Source of the DNA: Octopus vulgaris
Lineage: Eukaryota
Direction of reading: 5' to 3'
Length of the DNA stretch: 64,000 bases
NCBI GenBank assembly: GCA_951406725.2
Contig: OX597819.1
Coordinates: 92,752,001-92,816,000, forward strand
Shown: positions 28,040 through 43,378 of the stretch, piece after piece
How positions within the stretch are numbered: the stretch's first letter is position 1
Layout of the letters: each line of letters starts with the position of its first letter
Translations under genes and position numbers: made by a program
The notes under the pieces: model-generated
What the model saw: the letters and a program-made list of their open reading frames with translations, nothing else
What the model was told of the DNA's origin: nothing
The model's database searches: none

Positions 28040-28400
28040 CCCTCGAAAGACCCCCTTATCCCAATCTATCATTCCGGTCTTCAAAAACGGAAACAGTCCT
28101 CTTGCAGACAACTATCGCCTAATCTCATTCATCTCCCACATCATCAAATTGTTTGAAAGGTTGTTAAGATCCAGGATAACTGGTTTCCTGGAGAAGTACA
28201 TTCTTCAAAATTTCGACCAGCTGGCTTTCGCTGCGGCAGGAACTGAATGATGTCCCTAAAGCTTTCGGGTCAGGTTCGAACCCTAATGTCATGTATCTTA
28301 ACTTCAGCAAAGCGTTTGACAGAGTCGACTTCAATATATTATTGTCGAAATTGTCAAAGATTGGAATATGTGGAAGACTGATATACTGGATTAAAATTTT
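28040..28400 (+). mobile_element. LINE reverse-transcriptase fragment (CR1/L2/jockey group)
   Basis: IIPVFKNGNSPLADNYRLISFISHIIKLFERL and YLNFSKAFDRVDFNILLSKL match non-LTR RT N-terminal motifs. Confidence 0.85.
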
Positions 28401-28590
28401 CTATTCCCTCTCTTTTCCTATAGTAGAAAAAACTTGCTCGAGTTGCCACGCAGATGAACTGAACTCAGAACCATGTGGTTGGGAAGTATACTTCTTAACG
28501 CACACCCACGCCTGCACCGACATACATACATACATACATACACTCACACATACAAACACACACGCACACATATATATATATACGCACACA

Positions 28591-29004
28591 CAGGAGTGGC
28601 TGTGTGGTAAGTAGCTTGCTAACCAACCACATGGTTCCGGGTTCAGTCCCACTGCGTGGCATCTTGGGCAAGTGTCTTCTGCTATAGCCCCGGGCCAACC
28701 AATGCCTTGTGAGTGGATTTGGTAGACGGAAACTGAAAGAAGCCTGTCGTATATATATGTATATATATATATGTATGTGTGTGTGTTTGTATGTCTGTGT
28801 TTGTCCCCCTAGCATTGCTTGACAACCGATGCTGGTGTGTTTACGTCCCCGTCTCTTAGCGGTTCGGCAAAAAGAGACCGATAGAATAAGTACTGGGCTT
28901 ACAAAAAAATAAGTCCCGGGGTCGAGTTGCTCGACTAAAGGCGGTGCTCCAGCATGGCCGCAGTCAAATTACTGAAACAAGTAAAAGAGTAAAGAGTAAA
29001 GAGT
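28591..29004 (+). mobile_element. SINE family 1 (near full length), preceded by an inverted partial head at 28420-28516
   Basis: Almost identical to 2318-2710. Confidence 0.85.
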
Positions 29005-29095
29005 ACACACGCATATACATATATATCGTTCATTAAGCTAAATAACTAATAGGATTTGTTGCACAAAAATATAGCATGTGACTCATCGATAAATC

Positions 29096-29432
29096 TGAAA
29101 CCCCCTTCGGTCATGACTGACCATGGAATTGCACGTAGAAAGTTACCCTCCCAGGCACAAGACCGGTCAAGGTTGTTAATGGCAGACCAGCAGTCGCTTA
29201 TGCATACCAGCCTTCCCCCTCTACGCCACCAGTGTTATCCAAGGGAAAAGCAAAGGCTGATACAGCTTGGCACCTGTGACGTCACAACTCATTTCTACAG
29301 CTGAGTGAACTGGAGTAACGTGAAATAAAGTGTCTTGCTCAAGAACACAACATGCAGCCCAGTCCGGTATTCGAGCTCACAATCTCACGATCTTAAGCTC
29401 GACGCTCTAACCACTGGGCCTTGCGTCTTCAC
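29096..29432 (-). mobile_element. SINE family 3 group variant
   Basis: Shares the tRNA-like head and CORE-like CAGCTGAGTG(A/G)ACTGGAG.AACGTGAAAT..AGTGT.TTGCTCAAGAA with 18050-18181, but has a different 3' body. Confidence 0.75.
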
Positions 29433-30190
29433 ATCAATAAATATTATGCAGTTTAATAATAATACTCTGAGGACTGAATGGATTAACAAAACTTATAAAC
29501 TGGACAAACGGACAAAATACTTTAAGGTCTGTGCTCAAATCACACACAAAAAAAAACTTATTTGCGTCCCACTTTCCATTCTCTACTCGATAAAATAGGT
29601 TCAAAGGGCAACAAATTAGCTCCAACCACTACATAAAACTAAGACCACATTCCCCTATAGTCTTCTATGGGAAACCACACAACCATACATTTATTTTAGG
29701 CAGTCAAACGTTCCATATCGTGCAACCGTCAAGTTGTTTTATTCATATTTGCTAAGTATGAGGAAATGTTTGTAATTCGGTAGGTCCCTGTGTGGTGACT
29801 GAATGTTTTAAGTATGGATGGTTTTAAAATTCACTATTTCACTAATCTGAGCGAATTTCCCAAGAGTTAGAAACCTCAATGGCAAAAGTTTGAGGGATTA
29901 TGTTTTAATCGATTATAATCGAATGGATTATGTTGTGTGTGTGTGTGTGTGTCTGAGAGAGAGAGAGAGTGTGTATGAGTGTGTGTGTATGAGTGTGTGT
30001 GAGTGTGTTAGTATGTGAGAGTGGGCGTACGTATGTTTTGTTTAATAAAAAACACGGCGAAATACACAGGAGCGGAAGGAAATTCACTTAATTGATAATA
30101 AAATTCACTTAAATGATAACTTAACCTTTAAAAAAGGTTTCTTAATATTATCTATTTATATCTTTCTTTCTCCTTCTCTCTCTCTCTCTG

Positions 30191-30242
<52 letters not shown>

Positions 30243-30274
30243 TATATATATATATATATAAAGAGGGTATATAT

Positions 30275-30347
<73 letters not shown>

Positions 30348-30558
30348 CTCTTTTACTTGTTTCAGTCATTTGATTGCGGCCATGCTGGAGCCCCGCCTTT
30401 AGTCGAGGAGATCGACCCCAGGACTTATTCTCTGTAAGCCTAGTTCTTATTCTATCGGTCTCTTTTGCCGAATCGCTATGCTACGGGGACGTAAACACAC
30501 CATCTGTTGTCAAGTGATTTTGGGGGACAAACACAGACACACAAGCACACACACACAC

Positions 30559-30617
<59 letters not shown>

Positions 30618-30780
30618 TATGACAGGCTTCTTTCAGTTTCCCTCTACCAAATCACTCAGAAGGCTTTGGTCGGCCCGAGGCTATAGAAGAAGACACTTGC
30701 CCAAGGTGGCACGCAGTGGGAATGAACCCGGAACCATGTGGTTGGTAAGCAAGCTACTTACCACACTGCCAACCTGCGCC
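30348..30780 (-). mobile_element. SINE family 1 (full length)
   Basis: Reverse complement of the family 1 sequence. Confidence 0.85.
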
Positions 30781-31835
30781 TCATGGGCCTAGTGGAATAG
30801 CAATGCACACGGCTTTTCCAGGAATTTCTAGACCTGCGAGATTGAAGCCATTAACTTTACTCTCAAATTTTTACCAGTCAACACGTTACAGTAAAGTGTA
30901 GTAGTGGTCTCTCTTCCTCGAAGTATGTTGATCATATACCACATTCACTCAGACTCTAGAGTTCCTCACGTGCCTCGCTATGGTCAGTCATAATTTGACC
31001 CCTCTATCCAAGGATCCACATTCATGGCTACGTACAGTACTTCTAACACAGAACATCAATCCTCTGGAATTCTATACTTGTCAATATTTTACGTGTAGAC
31101 ATTGCTCTAGAATAGTTTTAGTAGAACCTTAACGATCTCAATCTCAATGGTGCTGAAGGGTTTGTGAAGAATATGGCTATAGAAACTCTTACCAGAGTAA
31201 ATTAAGGAAAATGCATATATAAACATATAGAAAAGCAAACACATACATAAACACACACAAACACACACACATACACACACACTTACATACACACATACAT
31301 ACATGCATGCATGCATGCATACATACATACATACATACATAAATACATACATACATACATACATACCAGTGGCGAAGGATGACTAGGAGGCTAGGGCATG
31401 CAGTCCCAACTTCGTCCACTGAGGTTGTGTGTGTGTGTGTGTGTGTGTGAGGGAGTGGAGAGTTCCGAGTGTTCCACTGTTCCTCGTTTTCCGTGAAAAG
31501 TGTAGTATTATATATGCTTTGAGATATGCGGTGTCTCAAAATGAAAATAGATTCCCAGCAACGATACACCGTTTTGAAGTAGTTAGTAAGACACGCGAAA
31601 CGCACATATAACAGGAATCAACTTCTAACGATTTCATCCAGTGAGGAGTATTCAAAGCGTCGACGTTGAGAAAAATGTCGAAATTCTTTTTTAAGTTTAT
31701 AAGCTAATTCGACATACACGAACTCTTGAAGTTGATTGAGAGAGTACCAAATTAAGCGAATATGTATAACAATATATAACTTCTGTCAGTGATGCAGCTT
31801 TTCTCTCTTTACTGACATCGACTGATCGCTTAAAC

Positions 31836-32130
31836 CAGGGTTTGCCAACCTTATTTTGCTTGTGAACCCCCTGAGAGCTATCTTATCATCTGTGGACCCT
31901 ATATATGCATATGTAAATTTTTGAAATAAAATATTTGTTTGTAGGCTAGTAAAAACTAACAATAAAACAACTTCGTTATAATCATAATATAAATCCCAAA
32001 TACAAATCTTGAAAATTTCAATAAATACAGGTACGTCTCCTAATAAACAAAATTTATATATGGACCCACAAATTATAATTTTTTACTCGTGGACTCCTTT
32101 AAAGGTTCTGTGGACCCTTGGGAACCCTTG
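31836..32130. mobile_element. hAT-type MITE
   Basis: CAGGGTTTGCCAACC ... TTGGGAACCCTTG with flanks gcttaaac / ccctaaac and repeated GGACCC subterminal motifs. Confidence 0.55.
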
Positions 32131-33681
32131 CCCTAAACATTTCTTGAAGTCTTTCCTTCTCAACAATATATCGCAAATTGTGTGGCAGTTAATATTCCAT
32201 TCGAACGTCCGTAGTCTCACCAAACATAACAGCAACAAATGCTGTTTTTGTCTTTCGCTCATTGGCTTAATTACACCTACACTTGTAACAGCTATAAAAT
32301 TAAAGGATTTCGTTCTGAATATCATTTGAAAGTGATATTCCTCTTCAATATCATTTCAAAGCTAAGAAAATATATTCTTATACTGACAAATAAACAAACA
32401 TGGGAATCAAGAAAATTTGTTCAGAATGTGTCATCTCGTCATTCACTCAGACTATCATAATACTTTCAATCAAAATAATGAGGGCATTCCTTGCTGCCCA
32501 CTTCAGTTCTGAATTTTCAGCTTAAACTTAGGTTTCTCTTTTTCGAGAATGATAATATTCTTCTAACCTGTTTCAAAGTTGGGGAAAGTAGAGAGAAAAC
32601 TGAATTAACTGACACTTTTGCCATCCTGCGAGTGATTGAAGGCTTGAGAAACTCTACTGGGTTATAATCTTTTTAGATGAATCGAAGATTTATGCTAGTT
32701 TACTTTTTTACGTAACCTTTCTTAAATAACTGTAAATATTTAAAATTAAATTTTAAAGCATTGGCATGAACGCAAACACACACACACACGCCCCTGTATT
32801 ACATACATATATTTGCATAACATCAGAAGTGCAAACGTAGAACACTGATTAAGATTTCTTTTTCAACCATTTCTTCTGCATTAATACCGACCCCTCCAGC
32901 CTAAATCGGTAACTGGTTTATTTCTCCAGTTTTATATGAGAAACCCCTTTTACTTACCAACATAGCATTATCATTAAAAAATATATAGCCTATACCACAT
33001 GGAATTTAACTAACGGGATCATGAATGAAATTAATAAGAGCACCACCCTCGAAATCAGCACTACGGCACCCATAAAAATGGAATAGAAAAACTATGGAAG
33101 GTTTTTCTTAAGTTTAAACTGTGATAGTGTTTTTTGTAATCTACATTCCAACGTTGAAGTTTTGTATCTTTTGAAAGAAATCCTTCCCCAGAGGAAGAAT
33201 TTAAATAATATATATATATATAATTTAAAAATAGGATAAAATCTTTATAAGAATTTATCAAGTAGTTAGCGTGAAAAACCTCATAAGAGAAAAAAAACCC
33301 GTCAATGTTTTTCTTTTAAATGTATTCATTTTTATTTTATAGAGGGCATTATTACACATAAATGCCTCACGCTCGGAGGGACTTTCAAAGTCAATACTAC
33401 TAAAATAAACATATCGTACCGAAAGCAAATCTCGAAGCAAGTCATTTAAAAAAAGAATTGAGCTGCAGATCACCAGTGATTTCGTAATTAGCGCAGTTAT
33501 ATGCACTCTTCACTCATCGGTGCAAGCATAATTCAAGATCTATAATGAATGAACAAAAATAACATACCAGATGAACAAACTGTCGCATCCACCGTAGTAT
33601 CTCGATATGTTTATTTTAGTAGTTATTTTAGTAGTTTTGACTTTGACAGTCCCTCCTAGCGTGAGGCATTTATGTGTAATA

Positions 33682-33715
<34 letters not shown>

Positions 33716-34120
33716 GTATATATGTATGTATGTATCTATGTATGTATGCGTATGTATCCATGTATGTATAGAGAGACAGAGATAGAGAGTGAGTGAGAGA
33801 GAAAGAGACCTTAATAGACTGAAAAGAAAAATATATATATTGACACAGGTATTACATCATAATCTAAAATTAATGAGAACATCTTTGCACGTAATAAGTT
33901 AATTTCGGTGATATATTGGTTTGTATGAATATGTCTGTACGTATGTATGTGTGTATGCTTATGAACATATTTTTGTGTATGTGTATACGCTTATGTGTGT
34001 TTGTGAATACAAGCATGTTTGTAGGTATGTATATTTGGCGATATATATATATACATATATATATATGTATATATATATATAGGTACGTATGTATATATAT
34101 ATATAGATAGATAGATATAC

Positions 34121-34178
<58 letters not shown>

Positions 34179-34272
34179 TATATGTATGTATGTAGGTATA
34201 TATATATATGTATATACATATATACGTGTGTTTATATATATATATATACATATATGTCGTATATGTATGTAA

Positions 34273-34350
<78 letters not shown>

Positions 34351-35925
34351 CTGTGTGTGTGTGTGTGTCTGTGCGTATATTTAGAAATACATCGTTCTTT
34401 CGGATCTTTATCTTGCGGTAGCAGAACTCCTGGTACTCTGAATGGCGTCGCCTACCTAGCTGATAAAGCATACGTTTCAAGAAATAAAGAAACTGTGTTT
34501 TGTTATGGAATCGCGACCCGCAGATTTCGGTTCGAGTGTACCCTTTTATTAAGAGCCAAGGGTATGATTTGAAAAATATTTCGTACTAATTACTAACAAA
34601 GTGAGTGTTGACATCGATTCACTCGTTTTGGCTCGCTAAAAACCTTTTCGATAGCTGGAGACTTCCTTATTGTCTGACTCTAAAAATGAAGTATGTCTAA
34701 GCACATGGTGTCATTGTAGGTTCAGTAATGTGTGTTCGTCCGTTGTTTCTAGTAGATGGAGCATAGCTTTAAGTACCACGAGCCGTACAAAAGTATAAAC
34801 TATGAAATCAGAGATTGTTCAACAATAACCGTTATAAATCTTGAAAAAGAATTTATCAGTTCCAGACCAAGAAGGAAATGGAATTATTCATGAAACTTTT
34901 TTATATATGGATAACTTTTATAAATATCTACATCTGTCTAATTATTTATCAGTCTAATAGCTTGCTTCTGTGTCTATGTCCTCTTTGTTTTAGCTATCTA
35001 TTTTTAAAATCTTTACAGAGATATTGAAAATTTAATGATCAATTTATTCTTTTTTATTTAATGTTTTTCTCCTCAAAACGTTGCACTCTAGAGCAATATT
35101 TAATTTGTTTTGTTGAATCCAGACGTTTCTAATCTCCTTCTCTCATCTCGTGGTGTGAGCATGAAATCGCCGATTAAGTTTCATGAGGTCTTTAATCTTA
35201 TCTGATAATTATTAATCGGAAATTTTAAATGAAAAAACAAGTTTGTTCATTGATATCGCGTTGACCAAGACACGATTTGCACATTAATTGGATTCCTGTC
35301 GTGAATAACGAAGGCTTTTTTAAGATTAACTGTATAATCTTTGCAAGATATGCTAGAATCTCCAGCAAAGTGGAAACTTAAACCGGTTCTAACAACCACA
35401 ATACATCGTAAAGCTGTAATTTAGACAACACTTACAGTCGTGAATTAAGGTCACAATTTCTGTTTCACGCAGCTACTGGCTTCTAATGCTAACATTTTAT
35501 TTTACAACTAACAGTCTAAACTTAGAATTTAGAATTCTGACATTGGGACTCCTATTTAGTTGAACTCAGCTGATTTCTTTATCGTATCACTAATTACTTT
35601 GTCTATAAATATTACGAAATATGGAAGAATTAACTCATCTTAGCACCATTATCAATATTAAAATATTGATTTGTTTTCATGTGATAAAATAAAATCGAGA
35701 TTTTTTCGAACTAGGAAATGTTTTGATTCAATTGACGCCAGTTTTTCATGGTACTTACTTCATCGACTCCTAGAGGGAAAAAATGCAAAGCAAGCTATAT
35801 TCATATCACATTTGAACCTTCAATAAATGCGAACCTCTGAATTTTGACAGTCAATCTATAATTTCTATTCATTTATTATACTCATTAACATTAGATTTTC
35901 ACAATACTGGAGACACTAAAAGTGG

Positions 35926-36010
35926 AGAAGTGTCGCATTAAGTGCTTCAAAATTGTAAAGTATCATACAAGAAGTGTCGCATTAAGTGCTTCAAAATTGC
36001 AAATTGTCGT
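35926..36010. repeat. 44-bp-period tandem duplication
   Basis: AGAAGTGTCGCATTAAGTGCTTCAAAATTG at 35926 and 35970. Confidence 0.85.
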
Positions 36011-37500
36011 ATGTATCGTTCTTGATTTGCAATTGATTTACTTTCGAGTATCTTCTTTTATCATTTCAAGTTTGATTAAATAAGTACCACTAACATACAA
36101 GAACTACGTACATCAAGTTACGAAAGTCAATCTTGTGTCTAAGGAAAAGAAGGGAAAACAATATTGCAAGTACACAACAGAACAGCGCGAATTTTATTTG
36201 AGTAATCAACTTCTCGACAATTTCCTATTGAAATCATTTCATCACTTCTCTTTTCTTACAACACTCAATATACAACACCATGTTTCTTTTCATCTCTAAA
36301 TCTTAATAAAAATGAAACAATTCTGTTGTATTATATATGAGAAAGTTTCTGAGTACATGGGTATGGTGAATATTCAACTACTCTAACGGATTCAGTCATA
36401 CCATGTTTATTCAAAGATTGTTGATCATGGAATAAATTACAACCTTCTTAAAAATGATGATAATGTTTAAGGAATTCGATTGTGTTACCAATAAATTTAA
36501 GAGAAAAAAATCTTTGCATTCCTTTCTTTAAATTTTGACTGTCTTACTCGGTATAAATATTCACTTTTTATCTTTTTTAGCTTATATAAATATTTTTCAA
36601 GCAAGTCAGTGACAATTAAAGATAAACTATTTGTTAACTGAATGGATAACATTATTTCGATTCCTGAATATAACCATTTCAATTCCTCTACGACCAATCC
36701 CAATCCTTCAAATATGAATGTAATATAATTTCATTTCATTTCTATATATTTGAAGTTATTTTTCTTGAAGCAGCATGCCATATTTACCACATTTATTTCT
36801 ACTATATAAAAGAATACTCAAGAAGAAAATAATGGTATTTTTGAATGAAATGTGATAAGGTTTATATAGAGAAATGAAAGCAAATAAAAAGAAATATATA
36901 ATTTTTCTAAATTCGGTTCAAATAGAATATATTTGGAGACAATATGTAATTCTATCGTGCACCCTATAACTGCGTCGTAGCCAATTACGTCTTAAACAAG
37001 ATTCAGGTTTTGAGGTTAAAACATAACAACAATCAGTTTCATATATTAAAAACGGAAACAATAGTGTTTTGGCACACATTATTATGAATCGCCCGAAAAT
37101 AGAAAATAAACTCTAAAAATAAAGTCGAAAATGGAAATTCAAACTACACTTGTTAAAAGTACTTTTACCTAGTTTTCGCCAGCTTGACATGTTCACTTTC
37201 AGAAATTTTCTGCTGTCCAAACACTCGAGTATTAATACTCCAAAAATCAACATAAATTCATACTGTACAAATGTTTATATGATAACATCTTATTTAAATA
37301 TACACAGAAATCATCCTTCACCTATTAAAGTATACGTACAAAAGCTCACATACAGATACATACAAACATACATAAATACATACACGCTCACATACACATA
37401 CATATATATATTGTGTGTGCGAGCGTGTGCGTGTATGTGTATATATGTGTGTGAGTATGTGCGTGCGTTTATGTATATATGTATGTTTATATATATATAT

Positions 37501-37832
37501 AGGGAGAATTTACGAATGAAACAAAAGACGAAGACAGGTGGTGTACAAAACAAACAGATGTATTAGTATAACGCTCAGGAATAGAAAAAGTATTTTACGT
37601 TTCGAGCCTACGCTCTTCTACAGAAAGGGACACAGAAACACAAGGAGAGAAAAAATGTGTGTAGTGGCGAGGCTATTTTCTTTCTCCGTCTTCCCTTCCT
37701 TGGACATTCTGATGAAGAACTCCGCTTGAAACGTTAAATCCTCCTTTCTTTCCTTTCCTGAACGTCCAATAACACTATACTTGCTCCATGTCCTCACGTT
37801 GTTGTTCTCTCTTTGTTCATGTTTGGATTAAC
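37501..37832. mobile_element. Back-to-back fusion of family A (minus) and family A' (plus) HHR-bearing repeats
   Basis: Left half matches 4419-4612 and right half matches 47790-48003. HHR-like motifs at 37591-37627 (-) and 37705-37740 (+). Confidence 0.75.
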
Positions 37833-37891
<59 letters not shown>

Positions 37892-38189
37892 TTACTATTA
37901 TTATTAATATTTAAAACAGTCTGAGCGGGTAACAGGCAACTTAAAGTTACGTAACCATGTCTAAGGAAACTTCACTCCTTCAAGCTTAGTTAACCGGTTA
38001 ACCACGCCTGAACGATGCAGGTTTCTGCAAAGTGGCCTGCGAAACTAAAACCAAAACTTAAGTCTCTTAAACCGAAACAAACTGTTTTAAGAATGACATG
38101 TAACTCCTACTAAATGTGCTAAATGTGTTCATTGCCATTTTCTTCTGTTTCTCTTCTCTCCCTCTCTCTCTCTTTCCTCTATCTCCCCC

Positions 38190-38266
<77 letters not shown>

Positions 38267-39244
38267 ATTTATTCATGTATGTATTTATGTATACGTATAA
38301 AAATATACACATGTATGCATAAATACTTACAAACAAATGCGCATATTTATCGATTCACGCGTTTATAGAATCATGTCAACGATTATTGAGGCACTTGGGT
38401 AGGTAACTTGCTGCATTACTCCCAATCTTATGTATCAGGAATTTGCAAAACCAGAAAGGATTCGACGAATTTAGAAAATTGGAACATCATGTACCATTTA
38501 TTGCAAATTTATATATTATTTTGATTTGTGCATACCACATGATTTATTTATGAAATGTTCATAGTATTACTCCAGAAATTTTCTTGTGAATATTCTTTTA
38601 TATTCTTATCACCTTGAATATTTTAGAATAGCTTTGTAAAACAGATTTACAAAGTAGAATGTAGAAAAGTGGCTTAAACTATGGAATTATAAAACAATAC
38701 ACGCATATAGATCATATGATTTTAGTTTATTCATATACAATATTCATAAAGTGTTTTTTCAACCGCTTTGAATTATGAACTTTTTCTCTTGGTCTGTAAA
38801 CATGGAAACAGCTTTCGATTTCAATAGTCAGAAAAGAAATCATTTGGTCGGCATTTATAACTTATTTGTCTTTGAAGAAGTTATACCTTGTCTTGTTTCA
38901 TTATAAAATAGATAGATGCAAATTCACTTAATTATTATCATCATTCGTGTAAAAAAACCAAAAAAAAAAAAAGTCGAGAGAATGAAATAAGCAATCTGTG
39001 GTTAGGCGATACATTCTAGTTAAGTAAGAATAGAAGGTGGAAGTAAAAGGAAAGTAACAATGACCGAAAGACAAAGCGACACCAAAGAGAAAATAAAACT
39101 GAATTGTGGTATTAATAAATAAGCAACTAAACAGATAAATACGAGTGGACCGGTTGCTGTAGCCATTAGTCAATAGTCTTTTTAAAAACTATTGTGATGT
39201 ACATGAAAACACAGACAAGTTTATCATATTTCGTTCATCTCGCC

Positions 39245-39245
39245 G

Positions 39246-39284
<39 letters not shown>

Positions 39285-39392
39285 CCCTTTCTTTCTTTCT
39301 TTCTTTCTTGCTCCCTTTCTTTCATTCATTCTTTCTTCCTTTCCTTCTTTCTTTTTTTCTTTCTTTCTTTTTTTTCTTTCTTTCTTTCTTAT
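39245..39392. repeat. (CTTT)n microsatellite
   Basis: Read directly. Confidence 0.9.
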
Positions 39393-42300
39393 TTGTAAGT
39401 ATTATAGTTGACGTAGATCATTAAAGAGTTGTCATAGGTTAAATACAATGGAAGAAGGAGGGGGGAAATTACGTCAGAGAGAAATTTGAATAATAGCTTT
39501 TCTGTTTTGCTGACGCTTTAAAGACGTCAGCTGGATTATCGTGAGTATTTCAGTTGCCAGATGCTTTGATCTGTTGCTTAGGAATATACATTGGGACAGT
39601 TGTTATCCACTATCTTATATAAAGGTGTGTTGGTTGCTAATATTCACCTTCTATTGCTGATTAGATTTATGTTTAAATATATAATGAACAGTAATGATAA
39701 TCGTTTCTTTATCTTGCTCTTAAGGGCCCTTTCGCACGTGCAAGTAAGTATATATATGGGTTACAAAGCTTTGTAGTGTTAGAAAAGACAATTTTATATA
39801 AAACCGAGGAGAATCTTGAAGGAGTTATGTCATGCATGTTGGCACAACTTATATAAGAAGATATAATAATTACATAACATAATTTTTTTTAAATATTAAA
39901 AGGACATGCAATACTGAAAACGAAAATGTAACTTTACTAAAAGCCACTCATACTTACTCGGATTCAAAGCATCTACCTACGATGAAACAGAGGATTCGTA
40001 CGACATGACTATTCCTTTATTCTTCCTATTGTGTTCCGACATACCCCAAAACACCCGTAAGCATTTTTATGGTTGGGTACCTTGGGAAATCCCATTATCT
40101 CCGTGCACAGATTCAATTGAATGTTCATTACATGCAATTGAACACTTCTTTAATAATCGGGTTTCTGCAGGTTTATATATCTCCTTTTCTACAAAAAATC
40201 AGTCTGAAATTAATTTACTTTCGAATTTTTAACTCACGTGAAAATGTGTTTCGTAGATGTAAAGCTACTCAGAAGTACGTCTGTAAATTCTATTTGCTTT
40301 TTGTTTTTCTTTTTCTGCTGGAGTTCACTCTGTTATAGGAAGTTTTCGTCTGTTTCGTCCTTCGTACACTCCCTGACTATTTGGAATATTCTTTCAACTT
40401 CCATCTTCTTCCATCCAACACAAAATGATCGGTGGGTTCTGATGTTTCTGGCAAGACGATAGGTGGCTAGTTTTTGGTTTCTCAGACAAGATGTAAGACT
40501 CTTTTTCGTAATCTTTGGAAACTCGTGGAATATGCAAGCTGTGATCTGCTGCTGTCGTTGCAGCCCTTCGGATTCCTACTACATATTGTGTGACGAAGGT
40601 GAGATGCCTAAATAGTGAAAAGTCACAGATAGAAGCATAGAAAAACAAGCAAAACCCATCAACACCAAATACTGCTGCAGTTTGTGTCTGTACTGGTGAC
40701 AATGCATGATTTTACTGCAATGGGTATTTTGCAAGCTTCTTTATTTGACATGTCATTGTTGTATCTACTACTGCTTATTTTATTGCCCTTTTTTCATGGT
40801 TGTTGTTACTGTAGTTTGTTGTTTCCACTGCTACTACATTCGTAGTATTGTGTGGTTGAGATGATTGATGGTTTCACCTGCAAATTATGGTTTGTTTTCG
40901 TTTAAATTTTTTTTTTTACCATAAAACGATGAACAAAAAGAAGATGCAAGAATGTCTCCCCGTAGAGTGAGTAACAAAATGTTTGTGGTTCTGGTCAAAT
41001 AAGAAATAATGTGGAACAACATAATTGCCACCAAAAAAAAAGACTGCCAAAATGGTAGACAAAGCACAAACTCACGGAGTTTCTGCAGCACATACAATGT
41101 CGGCCATAAATTACAAAAATAATAATCCTTTTCTACTGTAGCTCGCTGTCATAACAATAACAAAAATGATAACAATTAATATAGGTATGTGTGGCGACAC
41201 ACAGTTACTGTTACTGGACCAACTACTATCCCTTTTACTAATCTTTGAATATATATCAATAATTCATAAATTGTCTATAGTGATGCATTGGCAGATACAT
41301 TAGAGCTACATACAAAATGCATTTTGTATGTATTCGGCGTTACACTTTGTGAATCCCAGTCTACCGAGCTCAATTTTGCCTTTCATTCTCATACGCCGCA
41401 CTAGTATCACTAAAATGCATATGAAGTCAAGTGCTGATGTCGATTTAATTGAATAAACACGTAGCCACTAAAAATTGTGCCTAAATGAATTATTTATGCT
41501 TTCGATATTTTCCTGCATTGTTCTAATACACAAGGAGTGGCATTTCACTTTTCCTGAGTAATGTGCAACAAGGCTCTTTGGGATTGCAGGACTGTGCTTG
41601 TATGCTGTATTTTCTTTGGTAGTTCTCTAGTACCACTTTAGTGTTTAATCCAATTCCAAACTTTAGTGTTTAAGCAACCCCAAACCCACCAAAAAGAAAA
41701 AATCGCGCTGTCTCCCTTCTCTGCCAATCGACGGGTGCAACGTGAAATGAAGTGTTTCGCTCAACGCGTCACCCGGTCTAGTAATCGAAACCACAAGCTT
41801 ATGACCGTGAGTATAATATCCTAACAACGAATTCATGCATTTCTATCACGAAAATCATTGCGACTGATGGAATGCGTTGTTCTAGAAGAAGACGATGTAA
41901 CCCCTCAATGTGAATTGGTCTTGCCGAAATCCAAACCCGGGGAAAATAGTCATCTCAAACAGGGTCAACTGGGCATATAGTAGAAAGTAGAAGACTCAAG
42001 TACCACACATGTGACACCACCAACGACCTAGATAATAATTTTCTATGTTTGTGCAATGTTTTTGCTAAAACAACGAGGAAGCCTATTCTTCCTTGCTTAA
42101 TATTTTAGAAATAGCGGCTAAATGTTTCGCAAAACGTATCCTTCTCGCTTAAAGGGAAAATAAATTAAGCTGGAACGTAATTTTCTCACGTAACGGAACA
42201 ATTTCATGTTCATTGTTTTGGGCATTTGGACAAACCTTCTGCTGGCAACAGACTTGGTAGTCTAATGCCCAATCGACAAGACCCTCTGTAGCTTCCTCTC

Positions 42301-42632
42301 GTCTCAGTACATCGTTCTTTGACTAGCAACCGGATTATATCATCACGTAATGTAACTCTTCGAAGTAGAATTTTAAATATCTAAGATAAGTTAGCTTTAT
42401 TAAAGATGCATACAGAGTTATTCATCATAAAGTGACTATTTGAAATATTTTATAGTATATTAATAGCTTTCGTGTCTCCATTAGAAAACATCATAATTTA
42501 CGGTTTCATATTTCAGATTTGTATATTATAAACTTAGACACGTGTGTACACATATACATTCACAAATTAAACTGCTATATAGATCAATATGCAAGCATAG
42601 TCTCATACACACACACATACACACACACACAT

Positions 42633-42678
<46 letters not shown>

Positions 42679-42689
42679 ATATATATATG

Positions 42690-42748
<59 letters not shown>

Positions 42749-42754
<6 letters not shown>

Positions 42755-43378
42755 ATAGTTATCGCCATACTAATATGGCATTCTTATAAAAATAAGAAAA
42801 AAGCTGTCCGCTTATTAGCTCCATGAGGCCATCGCCTTAAGTTAGCTATTTGATACACAAACTGTATCCATATAACCTTCGAACAAGGGAGGTCAGTCGC
42901 TCCACACTACTTGACCGGCAGCTACAGACGCGTTTCGGAGTATTGCCCCTTTTCAATGCAGCGTAGCCAGCCAGTAGGTGTCGCTTCCGACAATCTCTGT
43001 TCGATGGTTTTATTTACCTAGTTTCGGTGGAATACATCCACTTGTTTTCAATAATAGAAATATTAAAATTACTAAGTCTCTCTAAAAGAGAACAGCGGCA
43101 GCGTTCCCGGAAAATAATAGTTATCGCCATACTAATATGGCATTCTTATAAAAATAAGAAAAAAGCTGTCCGCTTATTAGCTCCATTAGTTCGAAGGTTA
43201 TATGGATACAGTTTGTGTATCAAATAGGTAACTTAAGGCGATGGCCTCATGGAGCTAATAAGCGGACAGCTTTTTTCTTATTTTTATAAGAATGCCATAT
43301 TAGTATGGCGATAACTATTATTTTCCGGGAACGCTGCCGCTGTTCTCTTTTAGAGAGACTTAGTAATTTTAATATTTC

